From Pseudomonadota bacterium (GTDB lineage Bacteria; Pseudomonadota; Alphaproteobacteria; Rhizobiales; Methyloligellaceae), in the NCBI GenBank assembly GCA_039177935.1, contig JBCDFN010000012.1:11001-75000 (forward strand): DNA of 64,000 bases. The letters run 5' to 3'. A program made the position numbers and the translations under genes. Positions 30,496 through 39,967 of this stretch are shown here, one piece after another. The notes beneath the pieces are model-generated. The model was not told the DNA's origin. It did no database searches and saw only the letters and a program-made list of their open reading frames with translations. Positions within the stretch are counted from its first letter, which is position 1; each line of letters opens with the position of its first letter.

Positions 30496-31014
30496 TCACG
30501 CCTGCGTATTCAGCCAATCCAGCACTTCACCGGCATGCGCTTCTGGATCATCGACCGGATAGAAGACATGCTCGGTCTTTCCATCAAGCACCACGAAGGT
30601 GAGTCGTTTCAGGTAGCTGTCATTGCCGGCTCTGAACGTGGGTAAACCCAGCGCTCGGGCCAGCGCCCCTGCCTGATCGCTCAGAATTGGGAATGGCAAC
30701 TTCAGGCGCAAAGCCATTTCGCGTTGGAAGACCGTTGACTGTCCGCTGAGGCCGAAAAGGCGCGCGCCGGTCAAAGAGATTGCTTCAAAGTGCTCTCGAA
30801 AGCCCTCGAGCTCGGGTGTGGACCCATGCGCGCCAGGGATATCGTCCCAGCCTGGCGGGTTTGGGATGCCTGGCTGGCCAGTCCAAGGGTAAACGGCAAC
30901 GACACTGCGCCCCGAGAGGCTCGCCAGGCTCATGCGGGACCCATCCGTGGCGGGAAGCGTGATCACAGGAAGCGGCATGCCCGGTGTGAGCTGGATAGGC
31001 TCCCGCGCCTCCAT
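30496..31014 (-). CDS. Peroxiredoxin/redoxin-fold (AhpC-TSA/Bcp-like) protein lacking all cysteines
   Basis: 172-aa ORF containing LPATDG...VVAVYPWTGQPG...DDIPGAHGSTPELEGFREHF...LPFPILSD. The positions where this family normally has Cys read Ser and Glu. The start lies 4 nt after the smpB stop. Confidence 0.75.
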   Translation of the reverse strand: MEAREPIQLTPGMPLPVITLPATDGSRMSLASLSGRSVVAVYPWTGQPGIPNPPGWDDIPGAHGSTPELEGFREHFEAISLTGARLFGLSGQSTVFQREMALRLKLPFPILSDQAGALARALGLPTFRAGNDSYLKRLTFVVLDGKTEHVFYPVDDPEAHAGEVLDWLNTQA

Positions 31015-31018
31015 ACCC

Positions 31019-31489
31019 TTACCCCTTTTCGCGCATCAGCCGGGCTTTTTGCCGGTTCCAGTCGCGCGTCTTCTCGGTCTCGCGTTTGTCGTGAACCTTC
31101 TTACCGCGTCCAAGACCCAGCAAGAGCTTGGCGATCCCCCGGGCATTGAAGTACAGCCGCAAGGGTACCAGCGCCATGCCCTGCCGTTGAATGGCGCCGA
31201 GCAACTTCGCCATCTCCTTCTTGTGCAGGAGAAGTTTGCGGTGACGGGTGGGCTCATGTCCAAAGCGCGCGGCGCCGGGATACTCCGCTATGTGCGCATT
31301 GATCAGATAGAGCTCTCCGTTCTCATTGGAGGCATAAGATTCGGCGATGTTGGCCTTGCCGGTTCGCAAGGATTTCACCTCCGACCCGGTCAGGACTATG
31401 CCAGCCTCGATCGTGTCTTCGATCTCGTAATTGAAGCGAGCCCGCCGGTTCTCGGCGACGAGCTTTCCGCTCTCGCGTTTCGGCGCCAT
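31019..31489 (-). CDS. smpB: SsrA-binding protein
   Basis: 156-aa ORF containing [30 protein letters not shown]...RKLLLHKKE. Confidence 0.94.
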   Translation of the reverse strand: MAPKRESGKLVAENRRARFNYEIEDTIEAGIVLTGSEVKSLRTGKANIAESYASNENGELYLINAHIAEYPGAARFGHEPTRHRKLLLHKKEMAKLLGAIQRQGMALVPLRLYFNARGIAKLLLGLGRGKKVHDKRETEKTRDWNRQKARLMREKG

Positions 31490-31510
31490 GTCACGGGCCC
31501 TTCCAAGATC

Positions 31511-32395
31511 CTAGACCGGCTTCAAATCGGCGGCCGCCATAGCGGCATCGACGCGCGCGCGCGCCGCATCGGTAATGGGTGCAAGCGGCAGGCGGGTCGT
31601 GCCTCCGCATAGCCCCAGTTTCTCGGCCGCATACTTCACGGGCCCGGGGTTCGATTCTACGAACAAAGCCTCATGTAGGGGCATAAGACGATCTTGTAAC
31701 TCCAGCGCCCTCTTGTAATTTCCTCCAAGGCAAGCGAGCTGAAACTCCGAGCAGAGCGCAGGTGCGATGTTGGATGTTACGGAGATGCACCCAGCTCCGC
31801 CGTGCGCCATAAATCCAAGCGCCGTTGCGTCTTCCCCAGAGAGCTGGACGAATTCGTGACCCATCGCGGCCCGTTGCTCGCTCACACGCGCGAGATTGGC
31901 GGTAGCGTCCTTCACACCGACAATGTTCTTCAACTTGAACAGCCGCGCCATGGTCTCCACGGACATGTCCACGATGCTTCTGCCAGGAATGTTGTAGATG
32001 ATGATCGGGATATCGGCAGCCGCGTTGACGGCCTCGTAGTGGAGGTAGAGACCCTCTTGGGTTGGCTTGTTGTAATAGGGCGTGACCACGAGCGCGGCGT
32101 CCGCGCCCGCCGCCTTAGCATGACGGGTGAGCTCCACGGCTTCAGCCGTTGAGTTTGAACCCGTTCCTGCTATCACCGGGACCCGCCCAGCAGAAGCCTC
32201 AATGCAGAGTTCGATCACGCGGCGATGTTCGTCATGGTCGAGCGTCGGTGACTCACCAGTCGTGCCGCAGGGCACAAGCCCGTGCGTGCCTTGATCGATC
32301 TGCCATTCCACAAACTTGCGGAAGGCGGCCTCATCGACGGAACCGTCCTTGAAGGGCGTAATAAGGGCCGTGATGGAGCCTTGAAACGGCGGCAT
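31511..32395 (-). CDS. dapA: 4-hydroxy-tetrahydrodipicolinate synthase
   Basis: The ATG at 32395 gives [15 protein letters not shown], and the ORF contains [17 protein letters not shown] and IVGVKDAT. Confidence 0.93.
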   Translation of the reverse strand: MPPFQGSITALITPFKDGSVDEAAFRKFVEWQIDQGTHGLVPCGTTGESPTLDHDEHRRVIELCIEASAGRVPVIAGTGSNSTAEAVELTRHAKAAGADAALVVTPYYNKPTQEGLYLHYEAVNAAADIPIIIYNIPGRSIVDMSVETMARLFKLKNIVGVKDATANLARVSEQRAAMGHEFVQLSGEDATALGFMAHGGAGCISVTSNIAPALCSEFQLACLGGNYKRALELQDRLMPLHEALFVESNPGPVKYAAEKLGLCGGTTRLPLAPITDAARARVDAAMAAADLKPV

Positions 32396-32797
32396 AGTCA
32401 CAACGCAAACTCCTTCGCGCGCCCTCGTCTGGCACACCTCTTGGGCGCGGAGGCGATTCTACTCGATTTCTAATGGGCCAGTGGGCGGGGACAATAGGAT
32501 TTCGGAGTTTGGGGGGCAAGCGGGCCGGCAGTGTTATTCGACCGTGAGTGCTGCGTTTCTGTGTCACCCCATCCAAAGCGACGCAGGAGGAAAAAAACGC
32601 CGCTTCCGAGTGATATGCGCCTCACCGTTTGTAGCCGTTCTCAGCTTTGGCGGGTCAAGTCAGTCATCTTTCCGCCGGAATCTTTGAGACAGTGTAGAAA
32701 TTCGTTACATTACGCGCTGTTTTTCGTCGCGGCTCCTGGATAAAGGGGGACGTTCTAAGCGCTTAACGCGGACCGTAGCCGGCAGCAATCGACGAGC

Positions 32798-35398
32798 ATG
32801 AAACGCACACACGCGTACAACATCGCGCTTTTGATGGCCTTGGCATTGGCTGCTCCGTCGTGGGCGATTGCGGCACCTGGCTCACTTGCGCTGCCTGAGC
32901 GTAACCCTGAAAGGACGCCAGCGGTTCCGGATACCGCGTCGCCTGCAAGCGCGTCTGCAAATCCCGCCGCCACTGAAGCCCAAACGCACGAGGCCGCCGC
33001 GGCAGCGCCAGCCGCGCTCAGGGGTCCGGTCGGTGCCGCTGGCCAGAACCACACCACGGCGACGAAAGCGCCGACAAGCAACGACGGGTCGTTGAACACC
33101 GCCGCTGTTCCGGAGCCCGCCGGAAATCCAGAACGGTCTGGCGATGCGTCTCCCGCGCAGGAACCGGACCAACCCGCTCCCGCGACCGACAACCAGGCGG
33201 GTCAGGAGAATGCAGTCGCCGACGATGGCGATGACGCCAAGAAGGATGATGCCAAGAAGACAGCCGCGGCGCCTTCTTCCTTCATGCCCGATACGGTGCC
33301 CGAGCCCAGCATTCATCCGCGCCGCGACAAGATGTTTCCGCCGGCGCCCGATCCTGCGCTCGACTATGCATCCATCCTCAAGCCGCTCATGAACTACAAG
33401 CTCAGCGGTTCCGACGAGAGCCGCGTACGGTTCGTGATGCGGCATAAGGGTACAATCGACGACACGCTCGCTAAGATAGAGGATCCGGCAGCGCGCGACT
33501 TTGCGCTCTGGTACCGGTACAGCCACACCAAGAGCAACTACCTCAAGGCGGAGGCCGTGGAGGCCTACCGAAAAACGCACCCGATGTGGCCGCGGCTCCA
33601 TAAGCTGCGCGAAAAGGCAGAGACGTCTCTCTTTCTTACTGGCGCCTCACCCGAGCGGGTCCTCGCATTCTTCAAGGACTCAGAACCGGAGACTGGCGCA
33701 GGCCGCGCCGCATTGGCCGGGGTCTACCTGACGAAAGGCGACAAAGAAGGCGCCGAGAAAGCGGTGGATGCAGCGTGGCGCGAGGACGACCTTGGGTCAG
33801 ACACCGAGAAGAAGATCCTCGACAAGTTCGGAAGCATGTTGGATGCCGAAGACCATCGCGCCCGCATCGATGTTTTGCTTTATCCCGACAAAGTCAAGCA
33901 ATGCGCGGCAGCGTTGCGCGTTTCCAAGAAGCTCTCCGAAGCCGAACAGAAAAAGGTCAAGGCCCGCGTGGCCGTCGTCAAGCGCAACGCGAACGCGGGC
34001 AAGCTGCTAAAGGCGCTGCCCGAGGACGCGGTTAAGTCGGACCTCGGGCTCCGGTTCAACAACATTCAGTGGCTGCGCCGCACTAAGGACAAGGAACAGC
34101 GCCTTACAGCCTGGGAACTCTTGCTAGACGTGCCAAAAGAGCCAGAGCTGCTTCTCGATATGAAGGAGTGGTGGATCGAGCGGCGGATCAATGTTCGGGC
34201 GGCGCTGAATGACGGCCAGCCTCAGACCGCCTATAAAATCGCGGCCAAACACGGTCTCGAGGCGCAGCAGGACAAGCTGGCCGACCAGTATGTCGAAGCC
34301 GAGTTCCTGGCAGGCTGGGTAGCTCTGCGAAAGCTAAATGAACCGCAGACAGCATTGCGGCACTTCATTGCTATGCGGCGTAGTGCAGCTGACTCCCGTG
34401 ACATCTCCCGTGCTGAGTACTGGCTCGGACGCACAGCACTCGCTTTGGGCGACCGGGGATCCGCCGCGGTTCATTTCCATGTGGCTGCGAAGTATCCGCA
34501 GTACTTCTACGGTCAGCTTGGACGTCAGGCGCTCGACCCGCGCCCTGCCCGGCTTGCCGTCACGCCGACGCCAGTTCCGACCCAAGAGGACATAGACCGC
34601 TTTATGGAGCGTGAGGCCGTCCGGGCCCTCGGCGTCGCGCGGGCCGTTGGTGTGAGCTGGGTGACACCCCAGTTCCTCCTGTCGCTGTCCCGCACGCTCG
34701 ACAATGCCGCCGAGGTCGTTTTGCTGGCCGAATACGCCAAGATGGTCGGCCACAAGCAAATGGCGCTGCGGCTTTCCAAGATCGCCTTCAACCGCGATCT
34801 GCCCATGGGAGATTATGCGCTGCCTGTAGGCGTCATGCCCACGTTCAAGAGCCTTTTGGAAGAACGTGTGGACCCCGCTTTGATCCACGCCTTGTCGCGG
34901 CAAGAAAGCGAGTTCAACGCCGCGGCGAAGAGCCCGGTTGGGGCCAGCGGCCTCATGCAGCTGATGCCGGCCACGGCGCGGGGCGTGGCCCGCCGCTATA
35001 AAGTCGCTTACTCAAAGGCACGGCTTACCAACGCTGCGTACAACACCCAGCTTGGGGAAGCCTTCCTGAGCGACATGATCGAGAATTATGACGGATCGTA
35101 TTTCATGGCGCTCGCGGCCTACAACGCCGGTCCTGGCCGTGTGAAGGAATGGGTGGGGCTCTTCGGTGATCCTCGCAGCCCCGATGTGGACCCCATCGAC
35201 TGGATCGAGCGTATTCCGTTCACTGAGACCCGCCGCTATGTGATCAAGATCATGGAGACGCTTCAGCTTTACCGCTCGCGTCTTGCCGGTCCTGAAAATG
35301 CGCTCCACCTCGTCCAGGATCTCAACCGCGGTCGGAGCGTCCCGCCATCCACGACCGCCTCAGTTCAGGCCGTCACGACCACGGCAAAAACCCGCTAA
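32798..35398 (+). CDS. slt: Soluble lytic murein transglycosylase (Slt70-like) with a long low-complexity N-terminal extension
   Basis: 866-aa ORF with the signal peptide MKRTHAYNIALLMALALAAPSWA. The catalytic domain is ALSRQESEFNAAAKSPVGASGLMQLMPATA...AYNAGPGRV. Confidence 0.88.
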   Translation: MKRTHAYNIALLMALALAAPSWAIAAPGSLALPERNPERTPAVPDTASPASASANPAATEAQTHEAAAAAPAALRGPVGAAGQNHTTATKAPTSNDGSLNTAAVPEPAGNPERSGDASPAQEPDQPAPATDNQAGQENAVADDGDDAKKDDAKKTAAAPSSFMPDTVPEPSIHPRRDKMFPPAPDPALDYASILKPLMNYKLSGSDESRVRFVMRHKGTIDDTLAKIEDPAARDFALWYRYSHTKSNYLKAEAVEAYRKTHPMWPRLHKLREKAETSLFLTGASPERVLAFFKDSEPETGAGRAALAGVYLTKGDKEGAEKAVDAAWREDDLGSDTEKKILDKFGSMLDAEDHRARIDVLLYPDKVKQCAAALRVSKKLSEAEQKKVKARVAVVKRNANAGKLLKALPEDAVKSDLGLRFNNIQWLRRTKDKEQRLTAWELLLDVPKEPELLLDMKEWWIERRINVRAALNDGQPQTAYKIAAKHGLEAQQDKLADQYVEAEFLAGWVALRKLNEPQTALRHFIAMRRSAADSRDISRAEYWLGRTALALGDRGSAAVHFHVAAKYPQYFYGQLGRQALDPRPARLAVTPTPVPTQEDIDRFMEREAVRALGVARAVGVSWVTPQFLLSLSRTLDNAAEVVLLAEYAKMVGHKQMALRLSKIAFNRDLPMGDYALPVGVMPTFKSLLEERVDPALIHALSRQESEFNAAAKSPVGASGLMQLMPATARGVARRYKVAYSKARLTNAAYNTQLGEAFLSDMIENYDGSYFMALAAYNAGPGRVKEWVGLFGDPRSPDVDPIDWIERIPFTETRRYVIKIMETLQLYRSRLAGPENALHLVQDLNRGRSVPPSTTASVQAVTTTAKTR

Positions 35399-35531
35399 AC
35401 GCTCGGCGCGGCGCTTGTACGGTTGACTTCTTGAGCGTTGATCCGCCATCAAGGAGCCCAATGGAAAGCGTGGCCTGCCGGGCCGCGTTGGTCGGGTTCC
35501 TCTTGGGGTTCTCCTACACTGGCGATGGACG

Positions 35532-36419
35532 ATGCTTGATCTTCAGAGCAAGCCTTGGCGCGATGTCTACTATCGGTCGTCCGACGACTTAAGACTGTAC
35601 GCGCGCCACTATCCCGCGCCCGACGAGCGCTACCGCAGTGTGATCTGCCTCGCCGGACTCACCCGCAACGCACGCGATTTCCACGCGCTTGCCACCTACC
35701 TCTCGACCCATTCGGAAACGCCGCGCAACGTCTATTGCATTGACTATCGCGGACGCGGCCAGTCTGCTTTCGACCCGAATTGGCGCAACTACATGCCGTA
35801 TGTCGAGTTGGACGACGTGCTCGACTTCCTGACAATTCAGGGCCTCCATCAGGTTGGCATTGTGGGCACGTCCCGAGGCGGCATTATCACGATGCTGATG
35901 GCGGCCGCGCGGCCGACCGCGATGGGGCCGGTCGTCCTCAACGATATCGGCCCCGTGATCGAAACACGGGGCCTTGCGCGGATCGTCAACTATGTTCGCC
36001 GCATGCCAACGCCAAAGACTTGGGCGGACGCCATGCAGATTATGCGAGACATTAACTCACGCGGTTTCCCCGACTTCACGGATGCACAATGGGACCAAAT
36101 GGCCCGGAGCGTGTTTGAGGAGCGCAAAGGCCGGCTTGCTCTGTCTTACGACCGGAAGTTGGCCAAGGCGATAGGGACGATCGACCTCAGCCGACCCTTC
36201 CCGCCAATGTGGCCCGAGTTCATCGCGCTCAGCAAGATGCCCACATTTGTCATCCGGGGTGAGAATTCAGACGTTCTCAGCGCCGAAACACTGAACGAGA
36301 TGGTAGAGCGCCATCCAAATCTGCGGTCAATGACCGTTGCCAACCAAGGGCATGCTCCAACCTTAGCCGAACGCGATCAGATCGAGGCTATTGCATCGTT
36401 TTTCGCTGTGAATGATTGA
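35532..36419 (+). CDS. Alpha/beta hydrolase fold protein
   Basis: 295-aa ORF with the nucleophile elbow GTSRGG and a C-terminal GHAP motif. Substrate unknown. Confidence 0.75.
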   Translation: MLDLQSKPWRDVYYRSSDDLRLYARHYPAPDERYRSVICLAGLTRNARDFHALATYLSTHSETPRNVYCIDYRGRGQSAFDPNWRNYMPYVELDDVLDFLTIQGLHQVGIVGTSRGGIITMLMAAARPTAMGPVVLNDIGPVIETRGLARIVNYVRRMPTPKTWADAMQIMRDINSRGFPDFTDAQWDQMARSVFEERKGRLALSYDRKLAKAIGTIDLSRPFPPMWPEFIALSKMPTFVIRGENSDVLSAETLNEMVERHPNLRSMTVANQGHAPTLAERDQIEAIASFFAVND

Positions 36420-36457
36420 GCTGTTTGTCTGCCTGCGTGGCACGCGCTTGAAGCGCG

Positions 36458-37828
36458 TTAACGGTGCTTCGCGCCGAGCGGATCAAGCGGCGGGAGTGAT
36501 CCGCTCCGCCAACTTACGCTGTTCTCAGCAGGTATTTTGATTCGTGGGATGATAGTGGCAGCCAGATCCTGCGCTGCTTTTTGCTCCAAACCCAGATCAA
36601 GCTGAGAGGCCGCTTCCTTCCACTTGATGCTCTCAGAGGTCGAGAAACGTTCCGGCAGGTCACGCTTGAGCTGAGAGGACACCGCAACGGCCGTACCCTG
36701 ATCGGGCGCGACTCCCTCTATACTCACGTCCACGCCGGACAGGGCTACCGTCCCTGTTTCAAGCCGTGACAGCGCGCGCAAGGCGGCGGCAACCGCCTTG
36801 TCCCAGTTCTTCGGCGCACCAGAGGCTACCTCTAGGCGGTCGTCCAATCCTGGCCGGGCGAAAAGCTGCCGCGACAAGTCGCGCACAGTTTTGCGTGCGC
36901 CTTCGCTCGGAACGCTTCCTGCCAGCCTCAGAGCATTGGGACCGAGGTCCGCCTGGAAGATAAACGGGTCAGCCACAGGCGGGCGTATACCCACATTTCT
37001 GAGCGTTAGTTCCCCAGGCAACGTCCCGGTCAGCGCCTTCTTGAGTTTTCCATATTCCTCTGCATTGACGGCGCGGCCCGCTACCGTCAACGCGCCGCCT
37101 TCCAGGCGCACCTTTCCCTTCGACATATGGGAAAGCTGCTGGAGACCGAAACTAACGGCGGCAAGCCATTGTTCTCTGGGCTGGTCCGTTTCCGCGATGA
37201 TGACCTTGTCGTCGATCGCGAGATCGGGGAAATGTGCTTTGACCATACCAAGCGAAGTTTGCCGATCTTCCTCGGACGGCACCACACCTCGGAGGGTGAT
37301 TTTCGAGTCGTTGCGATGGGCGGACCAGCTCTTGTCGGGCGGCTTGCTTTCGGGGCTCTTGGCGGGCGCGGCAGTATCAGGGCTAGCGGCGGCCTTCTCG
37401 CGTACCTCCCCCGTCGCACTCGCATCCGGCGCGGCGAGCGTGTCAGCACAGGAGAAAACGAAGACGCCAAACCCCAGCAAGCTTCCCAGCGCGAGGATGC
37501 ACGCCGCGGGACGGACACGCCGACGCAGATTGCGGCTGCCCACTGGGCCGACTCGACTGGCTCCGCCCTTCACTCGCTTCGTGTCCTCAGTTAGCGCAAG
37601 CGGCGCTGGCCGGGCGCCCGTGCGTGGCCTCGTGAGCCGCGCGCGGTCCGCCCTCAATAACGACTGTGCAACATTCGTCCGAACGCGACCGGCACCCTGC
37701 TCGGCCTGAGGTTCGGTTGTAGGGAAAATATATGCGATGCCGACAGCCCATTCTAGGGCTGTTTGACTGCATGATTCTCCCGCAGTGGAAAAGCACCCTA
37801 GCAATTTGGGTGCTTTCCGCCCGTTCAA
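36458..37828 (-). CDS. Envelope protein built from repeated BON-like modules, with an N-terminal membrane anchor; start codon uncertain
   Basis: The module type KITLRGVVPSEEDRQTSLGMV / ALTVAGRAVNAEEYGKLKKAL / ALRLAGSVPSEGARKTVRDL / VALSGVDVSIEGVAPDQGTAV recurs. The single TM segment is AACILALGSLLGFGVFVFS. The first ~100 codons of the track ORF look non-coding. Confidence 0.6.
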   Translation of the reverse strand: MNGRKAPKLLGCFSTAGESCSQTALEWAVGIAYIFPTTEPQAEQGAGRVRTNVAQSLLRADRARLTRPRTGARPAPLALTEDTKRVKGGASRVGPVGSRNLRRRVRPAACILALGSLLGFGVFVFSCADTLAAPDASATGEVREKAAASPDTAAPAKSPESKPPDKSWSAHRNDSKITLRGVVPSEEDRQTSLGMVKAHFPDLAIDDKVIIAETDQPREQWLAAVSFGLQQLSHMSKGKVRLEGGALTVAGRAVNAEEYGKLKKALTGTLPGELTLRNVGIRPPVADPFIFQADLGPNALRLAGSVPSEGARKTVRDLSRQLFARPGLDDRLEVASGAPKNWDKAVAAALRALSRLETGTVALSGVDVSIEGVAPDQGTAVAVSSQLKRDLPERFSTSESIKWKEAASQLDLGLEQKAAQDLAATIIPRIKIPAENSVSWRSGSLPPLDPLGAKHR

Positions 37829-37849
37829 TCTATCGTTACTGCAGCATGA

Positions 37850-37990
37850 CTACTGTAGATGTTGTGCAAGTCCGATAATGCCGATTGCGATGAGGTAAAT
37901 CGCAACAACATAGTTCAGAAGTCTTGGCATAAGCAGAATGAGAACACCCGCAATTAGTGCAATCAGCGGATTCAGAAGTACAGGATCCAT
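37850..37990 (-). CDS. DUF3096-family small membrane protein
   Basis: The ATG at 37990 is preceded by GAGGCCAGAGGAAGAACC and gives MDPVLLNPLIALIAGVLILLMPRLLNYVVAIYLIAIGIIGL. Confidence 0.7.
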   Translation of the reverse strand: MDPVLLNPLIALIAGVLILLMPRLLNYVVAIYLIAIGIIGLAQHLQ

Positions 37991-38131
37991 GGTTCTTCCT
38001 CTGGCCTCCCCCAGTAAGGCGCAACTGCGCGACATTCGGCGTTAAGAGCATAGGCGATCATTTTTTGAATGTCCCCGTATGAAGTACACCCCGCCCTCGA
38101 AGAAATCCTGTGGACGGTTTTTTGGTGCTCC

Positions 38132-39079
38132 TCAGTCATGGTTGCGCTGCGGGGGCTCCAGCCCGGCATCGGTATCGCTTCGCTTGCCGTGCTCCCGCTC
38201 GAGGGCCGCGTTAATCTCCGCGCCGAGCAGAACGATGTAGAACGACATGTAGAGCCAGAAAAGCAAGATGATAACCGCGCCCAGAGATCCGTACATCCTG
38301 TCGTAGTTTGAGAAGTTCGAGACGTAATAAGAGAAGCCGAACGAGGCGAGCAGCCAGACAAGAGTCGCGAAGATGGAGCCTGGTGTGACCCAGTGCCACT
38401 CCGGGTCTTCATGGCTTGGACCGAAGCGATAGACGAGCGCGAGCATGAACAGCGTCAGCAAGAAGAACACCGGCCATCGCAAATAGGTCACCAACACTTC
38501 GAACAATTCCGGGTGGCCAGTGTCATCGAAAAGGACCGGCACGGAGATAATCGCGAAGAGCATCACGGCAACACCGACAATCCCGACGAAGGTGTAGCCA
38601 AATGCGGCGAGGTTGAAGTGCAGGAGTCCCCGCCGCTCCGGTTGCCCATAGGCGATGTTCAAGGCGGAGAACATTGCCTGCGTTGCATGGTGCGCACTCC
38701 AGAGAGCGATGAGCAAACCAGCGGCAAAGCCCCAGCCCAAGGTTTGACCCGACGTCTCGGCAATTCTTTTGATCTGATCGAGAACGATCGCGTAAGCCTG
38801 TGGCGGGAGAACCGAGCGAAAGACATCGAACTGCCGCTCCACGTTGGCAGGGTTCGCCGTGAGGCCGTAGAGGGATATCGATGCGGTCAACGCGGGAAAA
38901 ATCGCGAAAAGTGCGTAATAGGCGCAGCCGGCCGAGACAACGGACAAGTGATCCCGCCCGGTCCGCAGCACAATATCCTTGACGACTGTCCAAGTATGCT
39001 TCAGCCGCCCAACCGGCTGCTGCGAAGCCCGGCTCGTAGTGTCACCGTTCTGGACGGCTCCATCCGATTTTCGGTTCAT
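38132..39079 (-). CDS. YihY/BrkB-family inner membrane protein
   Basis: The ATG at 39079 gives MNRKSDG, and the ORF contains DHLSVVSAGCAYYALFAIFPAL...YGSLGAVIILLFWLYMSFYIVLLGAEINA. Confidence 0.82.
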   Translation of the reverse strand: MNRKSDGAVQNGDTTSRASQQPVGRLKHTWTVVKDIVLRTGRDHLSVVSAGCAYYALFAIFPALTASISLYGLTANPANVERQFDVFRSVLPPQAYAIVLDQIKRIAETSGQTLGWGFAAGLLIALWSAHHATQAMFSALNIAYGQPERRGLLHFNLAAFGYTFVGIVGVAVMLFAIISVPVLFDDTGHPELFEVLVTYLRWPVFFLLTLFMLALVYRFGPSHEDPEWHWVTPGSIFATLVWLLASFGFSYYVSNFSNYDRMYGSLGAVIILLFWLYMSFYIVLLGAEINAALEREHGKRSDTDAGLEPPQRNHD

Positions 39080-39268
39080 AGTCTCTCGACAGACATTGCT
39101 CCCGTGGCGCAAAGAGACCCCGCTTCTGCGGCGAACGCAAGACATCGCGCGCGCGCCTCATGGGTCATCGCAATCGATCAGAGCAATGCGCTTGAGACTA
39201 ACTTGCGTTGGGAAGAACCCACTGCACCCTGCTCGTACCGCGAACCCATCTTGAAATGGGATTGAGTC

Positions 39269-39604
39269 CTATTTCTTGTAATAGTCCCTGGTCGCTTTCA
39301 TACAGGCGTCCATGGTGAAAGCCGTGATCGACTTCCACGATTTATCCAGGTCGTATTTTGATGGGTCGATTTGTTCGACGTACTTATCTACGACCTTCTG
39401 GAAGCCTCTATCCCAGCAGACGCAGTAGGCCATGCGCTTCTCGCCAACAAGGTAGGCTTGACCCTCCTCATTGAAGAGTTTGATCGATGCCTCACACATT
39501 TCCTTGATGTCTGCCTTGGATAGTGTGGATTGCGACTGCGCCAACGAAGCGCCGGTCGCAAGAACACCTACAACCAACACGGCGAGATGAGTTCCGCTGG
39601 ACAT
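39269..39604 (-). CDS. Small secreted hypothetical protein with four Cys
   Basis: The ATG at 39604 has a GGAGG Shine-Dalgarno sequence centred about 9 nt upstream. The product starts MSSGTHLAVLVVGVLATGASLAQS, a signal peptide. The region is visibly more AT-rich than its neighbours. Confidence 0.65.
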   Translation of the reverse strand: MSSGTHLAVLVVGVLATGASLAQSQSTLSKADIKEMCEASIKLFNEEGQAYLVGEKRMAYCVCWDRGFQKVVDKYVEQIDPSKYDLDKSWKSITAFTMDACMKATRDYYKK

Positions 39605-39967
39605 CGCTGCCTCCACTCTTGCTCTGGTAAAACAGTAGCGCGAGACCGCTCAATCTTCCATCCCCAGTCCCACGTTAGGGGCTTGCGCTTCCGATCCTCA
39701 ATCAGCGCCTTAAAGTCAGCCCCGGGACTTATGAACTGCCAGTCTCAAATGGCCTTCACGCACTCACTCTCTGTGAGTATTTCTTGATCCGCGTTCGCTT
39801 CCTCTAAGGCGGAATTCATTGGCGCGATCAGTGCGCGCAGCGGCTGCGATTTCTGATCTACTTGGAACGCCGGGAGAACAATGATAATGCCCTGCAGGTC
39901 GCAGTTCGGTTGCAAGTCACGATCTGTGACCTCAGCTAAATCGGCTAAGTCGTTGCTGTGTTGTTAA

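Noticed and set aside
30329-30517. 62-aa minus-strand ORF with an ITEVSITEVSITQVS repeat
   Set aside because: It is created purely by the 15-bp tandem DNA repeat (period 15 = 5 codons). It has no start context and overlaps the 3' ends of both real neighbours.
36798-37709. 303-aa plus-strand ORF antisense to the BON-like gene
   Set aside because: Its Ser/Arg/Pro-rich translation shows no structure, and the opposite-strand product has clear repeated modules and a TM anchor.
38393-39265. 290-aa plus-strand ORF antisense to the YihY-family gene
   Set aside because: It is antisense to a membrane protein with strong family motifs, and its translation is charged low-complexity sequence.
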